From the NCBI GenBank assembly GCA_000165425.1, contig CT868607.1, positions 310,001 to 374,000 on the forward strand: a stretch of DNA of 64,000 bases. Reading direction: 5' to 3'. The notes under the pieces were generated by a model that saw nothing but the letters and a program-made list of their open reading frames with translations, had not been told where the DNA came from and searched no databases. This DNA is from Paramecium tetraurelia (lineage: Eukaryota). The position numbers and the translations under genes were made by a program. Shown one piece after another: positions 56,612 through 64,000 of the stretch (position 1 is the first letter of the stretch; each line of letters begins with the position of its first letter).

Positions 56612-58180
56612 ATGATTTTATTTGATTAATATATTCCATTATAGGTTGATGCTTAATCTCGTACTCAGACTTCCATAAAACTAACATTTTGGTTGATCTT
56701 CTACATTACATTATAAGTAATCACTATCAGATAGAATAAATACTAATAATATGGATTTTATCAATAGAATTGCAATGACACTCTTCTTGAGAACTAAACC
56801 ACATAATCATGCGATTCCCTTGGATTTTATAGTCCAGATAATAACTACGTATTTATAGAAGTAGCCTTCTCAATTTAAGATGTACGTCTATTGTTAATCA
56901 TTAGCAAGATCTTTTCAAACTTAATAAAACTAAACTTTCCCCAGAACTCATAATTTATAATATCAAAATACATCTCATCCTCTATGGAAATGCATCATTA
57001 TTAAATAATGTGTAAAAATTACCATTAAAACAAGATCAATAAAAGATAGTTCATAGTATGAACAATTAATTCTTGATGAGAATTTTAACTTAAAAGTTTA
57101 ATGCAATTTAATGCTTCCTCAATATGACTGTGTAGGAGAGATTAAGGAAATTAATTTAAATAATTAACAATTAATTTTGTCATAAGTAACCTTACAAAAA
57201 CCACCTTAATATTAATCCATATAGATATAAAATGTGTTAGCAACAGTTGAAAACACAAAGTATTATAGACTTGTTTTTATCCATTAAGTAATTTGATATA
57301 TTATTTATAGGTCATTTTCATTTTGATTACAAGTTACTCATTATTTAAATTCCTTTATCATTTCAAAGAATATAGTAGAATAAAATGGCCTTAAATACTT
57401 AGATGGGTCCCATATTTACTAATACTCACGATATTCTATAATCTGCCGATTCAAATCTTTAGATCAACTCATTACAATTTTGTTTAAGGATATACAAGTA
57501 TAATATAATTAGTTGTATATATTTCTTTATTTTATTTTTGGCTTCTCATTTTTGAATTTTAGTAACTTCAAAATGTAAAGGATGAAGAAATTACTACTTA
57601 TAAGAATAAATTTAAAATAAATCATTTGATTAAATTTTGTATTGTTGTATTTTACACAGTTCCACAAGCAGGTCTAAATCTTTATATTTCATATAAGAAA
57701 TATACAAGGATTTAGTTCGATGTAACAAATGAGGTACCTTATTATAATTACTATCGATTGTTAAATATGCTAACATTATCAATTTACACAATCAACTACT
57801 TGTATCTTTTATATAAACAATTTAATTACACACAGCCAAATACAAATATTGAATAAGATGTTAGTGTTGAGAAATCATACGAAATATTCGATGAACAAGA
57901 ACAACAAAAAGTTGCCAAGTCATATTTAAAAAACTATAAACTACTTCATATTTTATCAACTATATGCTTTGCTTCTCTACTCTATAATTAATATCTGAAT
58001 TTCTTTCAACCTAAAACCATCACTACTCTTAATGCACTTAACGAGTAAAGTGCAATTAATATATATATTTGTTTAATCCTTTCATTGTATGTTCCAGCCA
58101 AATTATCAAACTATATTTTACCTAGTGAATAGATTCAAGATAATAGAATATAATAAGCCGATTAGAATGAAGCTATATGA
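56612..58180 (+). CDS. TMEM181/Wntless-like multi-pass membrane protein
   Basis: N-terminal TM, Cys/NxT-rich luminal domain, then several TMs with LRWVPYLLILTIFYNLP and NIYICLILSLYVP. Confidence 0.55.
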
Positions 58181-58255
58181 AAATAGATTAGATAATAAAT
58201 TGTTATTAATATATATTATTGCACGAGATTAATTAGTTTAAAATTATTTACAATT

Positions 58256-60131
58256 TCACGCTTAAATCTGCCTTTTTTACTTGATATTACTAATCTCATT
58301 AACAATTAGTTGTCCCCCTTCTGTGTTTATTTTCAAAATTTATTTAATATTCTAAATAAAAAGAATTAAATACTTTTCTACACAAATAACATTAATTAGA
58401 TTTAACTACAATATCTTCTGCACACTTCTCGCAAATTCCCCCATGTCTACAAGGGATAAATAAAATATTTGGTTAATTTTCATAACAAATCAAACATTTA
58501 TCCTAAGTAGACTACTAATCCTCATTAATGGAATTTTGAGATTTTTATTGTAATTCTGAACCTTTTTTGGATGTTCCATTTTCCTTTTCCTATTCCTCAG
58601 CGATTTCTTTCTATTATTCTTATGCTCCAATATTATTGATCTTTTCATCTAAAGAATTGCTATTGGCTTTGATTTCCTTTTAAAATTCCATTCTATTTGA
58701 GGACTATTATCCTAATGCTCTTTAAGAAAGCTGTTCTGTTTATTTAGGATTTGTCTGATTAAAGTGTATTTTATCAAATATAGCAAAGAATGTGCATGAC
58801 ATTTTTACTAAATATAATGGCGCATTTAATTTAACAAATCTAAAAGGCTACTTCGTTTTTTTCTTTGACAAAGTTTCATTGGAATCAGGCACATTATCAT
58901 TTCTTTATTCTTGATCTTATTGAATTTAAATTGGTTATTGAGGCATTCCTGTAGAGTATGATTCATTTCCTTATAATTCTTTTAAAAACAATCTACATTC
59001 CTATATGTCATAATTACCTTATGTTATTAACAAAAAAAGTAGTATAAACAGTTACCAAGGCCATGTAAATCGCGTTTAAAACAATGAGTTAAATAATTTC
59101 ATCCTATCCAAAAGATTGCCCATTGTCGTATAGTTGAGTCAATCTATACAAAAATGAGAATGGCAACAATGTATAACCTATGATATTGATAAATATCCAA
59201 ATATTTCCTATTACTATAATAGATATAAGGAATACAATAATTTTGACTAGTTTATTTTTTTAGGAGATTAATGAAGGTTTCAATGCATCCTATGAAAGAT
59301 ATAAATAGTAATAATGCAAGGACTACCAAAAATACCCATAAAATTATAAAGATCTAGGACCAAACCCAGTCAATTTTATCCTCCCATTTTAATGCAATTA
59401 GAGTCATCTAAACGCATAATAATGTTTTTATAAATTGTATAATCTTATTATATATGTAATACTTACAATTTATTGATTGTTCTATAATTGAAATTTCAAT
59501 TTTTGAACTACTCGCATAAACAACACTAATATTGATAGTGAAATCATCATAATTGTAATAAAATATATTTTGAATTTCTGTATTTCATAATAAAACACTA
59601 CAAAAACCTTTGTTAAATGATTCAATTACTTTTAAAAAAAATAGAAACATAGCCTCTATTAATTGCCAAATACAATCTTCTCCTTTACGATAATTATAAT
59701 ATATCAATATGAACATTGTGAGCAAATCTTAGATCCATAATTAAAGTAAAACGTAGCGAAAACTGTATTACCAAAATAGATAACCATAATAGTTGATAAA
59801 GAAACCTTATAAAAATAAATTAAACAGTAAGGATTTTGTAATCTATGATTGACTAGACATAGGCTAGTATATTAGATTGATAATCGTACTTTCATTGCTA
59901 AAGGAGCCATTCCCTATTAATGATGTTGTCTAGTCGTTTGTTATTATCTGATATATATATGAAACTTATTTTATACAATTCTCTGAATAATGGCAAAGCA
60001 GTAGGAGACATAAAATTCCTCCGTCTTGTGGAAAGCTATTGATCATCTGTCATTTCTATTCTTAATTGGGAAGGTCTCATTCTCAATGAACCCATTTATG
60101 ATTCTGGCATTTGACTAAAAATATCTATCAT
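58256..60131 (-). CDS. Multi-pass membrane protein with C-terminal C3HC4 RING (E3 ligase)
   Basis: CLICYENQPNILFIPCRHGGICEKCAEDI..CYLCRK after a hydrophobic TM region; several tiny introns. Confidence 0.85.
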
Positions 60132-60315
60132 TATTGATACATCATGATATTCGAAAAAAGTTTATAATATTTTTAATAAATTATTTTTGTATTTTATGAA
60201 ATTTATCAAACTTCTTTACTTCAAAACATGTATCAGACTATTCAATCTCAACCTAATTTCTCTTTGATTCTATTACAAAAATGTTTCTTAATATTAATTT
60301 AATATAATTAAAATA

Positions 60316-61172
60316 ATGTCATATCGTTAATAATATTAATATAACAATAATCCTCAGACAACTAGTTAAACCTATTCAACAACAAGCTAGCGATCACAAC
60401 AATCACTTTAATAACAACCCTTCATACCATAATAGCAAAATCCATATGTGTAAAATAATTTAAAGAATAATCAAAATTTAAATTCAATTTTGCCAAAAAG
60501 TAGCCCAAATCCTTTTACTCTACAAGCGAATACATAACAATAACCAGCAAAGTATTATTATGATAAAAATTTAGAGGACCATAGTTTTTATTTTCATAAG
60601 AATAATCAAATGCCAATCAACCTGTTGCACAAAAATTGTTAAATAAACAATAACAGTAATAAGAACCTAATAGAATGACATAAAATTACAAAAAAGAAAA
60701 GGATGATGAATGGAAAGCATAGAATAAATCAAACTAAAATGATGAAGAAGAAGAAGTAGAAGAAGATGATTAAGAAGAGGATGAAGACAATTAAGAAGTA
60801 TCAGATGAAGATGAATAATAAGAAGATGAGGATGATTACGATGATACTGAAAAAAATGAAAGCGAAGAAGAACCAGATAGTCAACCAAATCCTTAACAGA
60901 AAAAAAATGATAAATAATAAGCAAATATTGATAAATATAAATCAGTTAATGAAATTGATACTATTAGAAAAGAAGTGAATAAGATAAATAAAGAATTAGA
61001 TAAATTAGAATAAGAGATAGAAGGAACTTTGATAATGAGTAGGATTAATTTTGGAGATCAAAGTGTTTTAGACATGTCAGTTTCCCAAGATTTATCGTAT
61101 TAATAATACCTTAAAGAATTTGAATAGTTTAAATAATAAAAATAAGGAAATCTAAATTCAATGAAAGGGTGA
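60316..61172 (+). CDS. Hypothetical Gln-rich protein with Asp/Glu acidic tract
   Basis: MSYRQQYQYNNNPQ..., 23-nt intron, DEEEEVEEDDQEEDED tract, ends NSMKG-TGA. Confidence 0.7.
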
Positions 61173-61459
61173 TAAATAATTAATATTATTCATATTTTTC
61201 AAATACATTAGTTAATATATATATATTAGAAGATTTATTTAAAGAGAACAAAATTGTAGAAAAGGATCTGTAATACCAAGTCATATAAAAGAAATAGTAA
61301 ATTTTTAATTGCTGATATAGAATGAATTTCGATAATTTCTCCATTGCTATAAATGAATAATATTATTTTAATTTAATAATTATGAAGCCCTGATATGAAT
61401 TAATATATTTAAAATTATTTATTTTAAAAATATAAGAGTACATCTAACAAATCATAAAT

Positions 61460-62262
61460 TCAATCTATTTTCACTTTTTTTTATATTTCATCTGACATCA
61501 GGGACCTCAGAAGAGATATATCTTCAAATATTTCTTTATTTGATAATTTTAATATTGTTTAGGGTTATTTAGTTTTTGTGTTTATTAATTCCTGATCTAA
61601 AAAAGTATCTTTTTATATTTTAGATTTAGCTTATTGTTTTATATTTTTGTGACATTAGGAGCATCTATATTTTGTATGATGGGTAATTTTAATCAGGTTC
61701 TATTTTCCTTAGGATTGTTCACATTCAACATGGTTCTATAATAGAAAATAATAGTTACCCATCTGTTGCATTTCTCACACATAATCCATTATTTATCGTC
61801 CATTTCATAACCTAGATTAGGATCATATATCTTAAATTATTGATAATTAAATACTTAAATGCAAAACTCACAATAGTTGTTCGAGTGAAAATTACTAAGA
61901 CATCTATTACATAAAAGTACAGTCTTTCCTTTGATCTATGTTTCATTTAAATTTTTTCTTTTATTCTAACAATTATTATTTTAACAACTTATCTGTTGTT
62001 ACAATTATTTTTGTTTGACAACAGTGCTATCATGCCATTTTTTCTTCAATTTATAAATTTAGGTAGGACTACTGGATTGAGAATCCTAGTTTCTGATACT
62101 TCCTTCTGTTTTGATATTATCACTAAGAGAATTTGAATTTTAAAGCATATCTAAAGCATTAGGATTAATTATCCTAAGAAATTCTTAAAATATGGGAGAA
62201 ATCTATTCAAAGTTTGTAAAATGGAATGATTCGTTTAAATAGTTTTGTTAGTTTTGTAACAT
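61460..62262 (-). CDS. Zinc-finger plus PHD-finger protein
   Basis: C...C...LCNRC followed by YCEFCIQIY..DKQWIMCEKCNRWNHVECE..YRCSQC; two 24-nt introns. Confidence 0.82.
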
Positions 62263-62967
62263 AATAGTTTTTTAAATTAATGAAAATATTGGTATATTTT
62301 ATTTTCTATATATTAAAAAATCAATTTATTCTAAAAGAATTTATTAAAATCTATTACAAATCAATCAATATGATTATGCATTAAATAGGAATAATTATAA
62401 CTAAGTTAACTTACTTCAATATTAATTCTTTTTAAATAATAATGCTATTTATACTAACATAATTCTTAATATTACTACTAAATAAATTTTTGGCATATGG
62501 AATACTCAGATTTAGTTATAAATTTGCACACCAAAAAGAGATAATTCTTAAATTTTATGATTTTTAATATAATTAATTATTGTAAATATAGTAATAAAAC
62601 TAAGAATAGATAAATATAGGTTGGTAAGTTTTTCACCTATTATGAAAAGGATAGATGAAGCATAACAATAAATGTTAACTTCAAGAATAATTGAGAAAAA
62701 ATTTGATGTCAAATTACATCACGAAACTTGATATTTTTATATTATGATCCCTCTATTAATTATTTAAGTTCATAATAATTTCACTCAAATCTTGAAATAT
62801 ATATTATAGAAACGAAGAAAATTCTTGAATCAGAAATATTGAATCTTTTTTAGATTCTGTCATAGATAATTAAAATCCACCTTATTTATGAAATTTGTTA
62901 TAGTTTAGGGCGAATTTATTATATATTTTATAAAGTCGAATAATAAAAGAAAATATCTTATATATGA

Positions 62968-63726
62968 TCATAATTATTTCAATATGTTGAAGAAATCTGA
63001 AGGGACTCTTCCTTAAACAATTATTTTTCTTTTTTTCTATTTTTATTATTGGAATACTTTTTTGAGATCACAGGTATTAAGTAACAATAAATCAAGTATT
63101 CTTTCTGTTGATTCTGAGACTTCTTTTATTTCTTTAGATTAAACTTTATTAAATCCATCTAATATTTATATCATCTATTACTTGATGCTATTTTTGTGTA
63201 ATTTAATTCTGCTATTGTTGGCATCGGTGGAATAGTTTGAGAATCTTAACATTAAGGTGATGGAGACGATCTTTTTTTCAAAATTGGAAGAGATTATTTT
63301 TTGTTCTGTCTTTCTTTTTAATCGCCAGGCTTTGAATATTCCTCAGACATATAATTTGTAAGAGTACCCAACCTCTTTGAATATATCATATACGAGTATC
63401 TTATCTTCTGATTATTAACGGTAATTCCTTCTACATAATATACTTTTATCCTAGTCTTTGATTTATTAATTTTCTAGAGTGAGATTCACTGAGTTAAAGT
63501 ACTCAATTTTCTTTAAAAGCTGAGTCTTGTCATTCAATGTTTAATTATTGACTAGTTTCTTTTTTTAAAGTATTTAGTATTTTCCTCTTATTGGAGTTTA
63601 AAAAGCCTTTCTCTTTGGACTTGGTGGTTAATGTACACTAAATGCATGCAATGAGAATTTCTAAGTAGAATCATACTTTTCTTTTTCTACTGATTTTCTC
63701 AATCTCAAAGCTACATTTGATCTCAT
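62968..63726 (-). CDS. Hypothetical basic protein
   Basis: MRSNVALRLRKS...; needs 19-nt and 23-nt introns to reach ...DFFNILKQL-TGA. Confidence 0.55.
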
Positions 63727-64000
63727 TATTAATATTATTATTAATAATATAAAGAGATCTAAAATACTTATTATAATATTTTAAAATATTATAATTATAA
63801 ATAATATTATCAATCTTAATAAAGGTATTGGCCTATAATATATTGTATGTTGGCATTTTAGTTCTGTAAGTAAAAAAATACATATTAATTCCTCTAAATA
63901 AATGAAAAAATTATATTAATATTTTAAAGGGAAAATACTCAATATGATGATAAATTATTCTTCATAAAATAATCTACATTAATTATGATACTATATCTAT

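Overview
Very AT-rich, gene-dense eukaryotic DNA that reads as a ciliate macronuclear chromosome segment, most likely Paramecium. Every recognisable gene reads with TAA/TAG = Gln and TGA as the only stop, and most carry tiny 19-30 nt GT..AG introns. The supplied standard-code ORF track is therefore fragmentary or spurious. Manual translation gives about 40 genes. Recognisable ones include Rab1, a SHAQKYF-type Myb, a class-V PLP lyase, TM9SF, a two-domain cystatin, a DHHC acyltransferase, GSK3, an HP1-like protein, FAM166-like, a PDI-like protein, CDC5L, a PRP28 pseudogene, DUF1761-like, a Ser/Thr kinase, an ion-channel/adenylyl cyclase fusion, a longin R-SNARE, Nab2/ZC3H14-like, BAH-PHD, HTH paralogs, phospholipase B-like, TMEM181-like, a TM-RING ligase and a PHD protein. 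The most striking observation is one uninterrupted ORF fusing an NFX1-type RING/zinc-finger protein to a SAC3/GANP domain. Several conserved genes carry single-base indels, which may be sequence errors or decay. Family calls come from motif recognition by eye; no database search was run.
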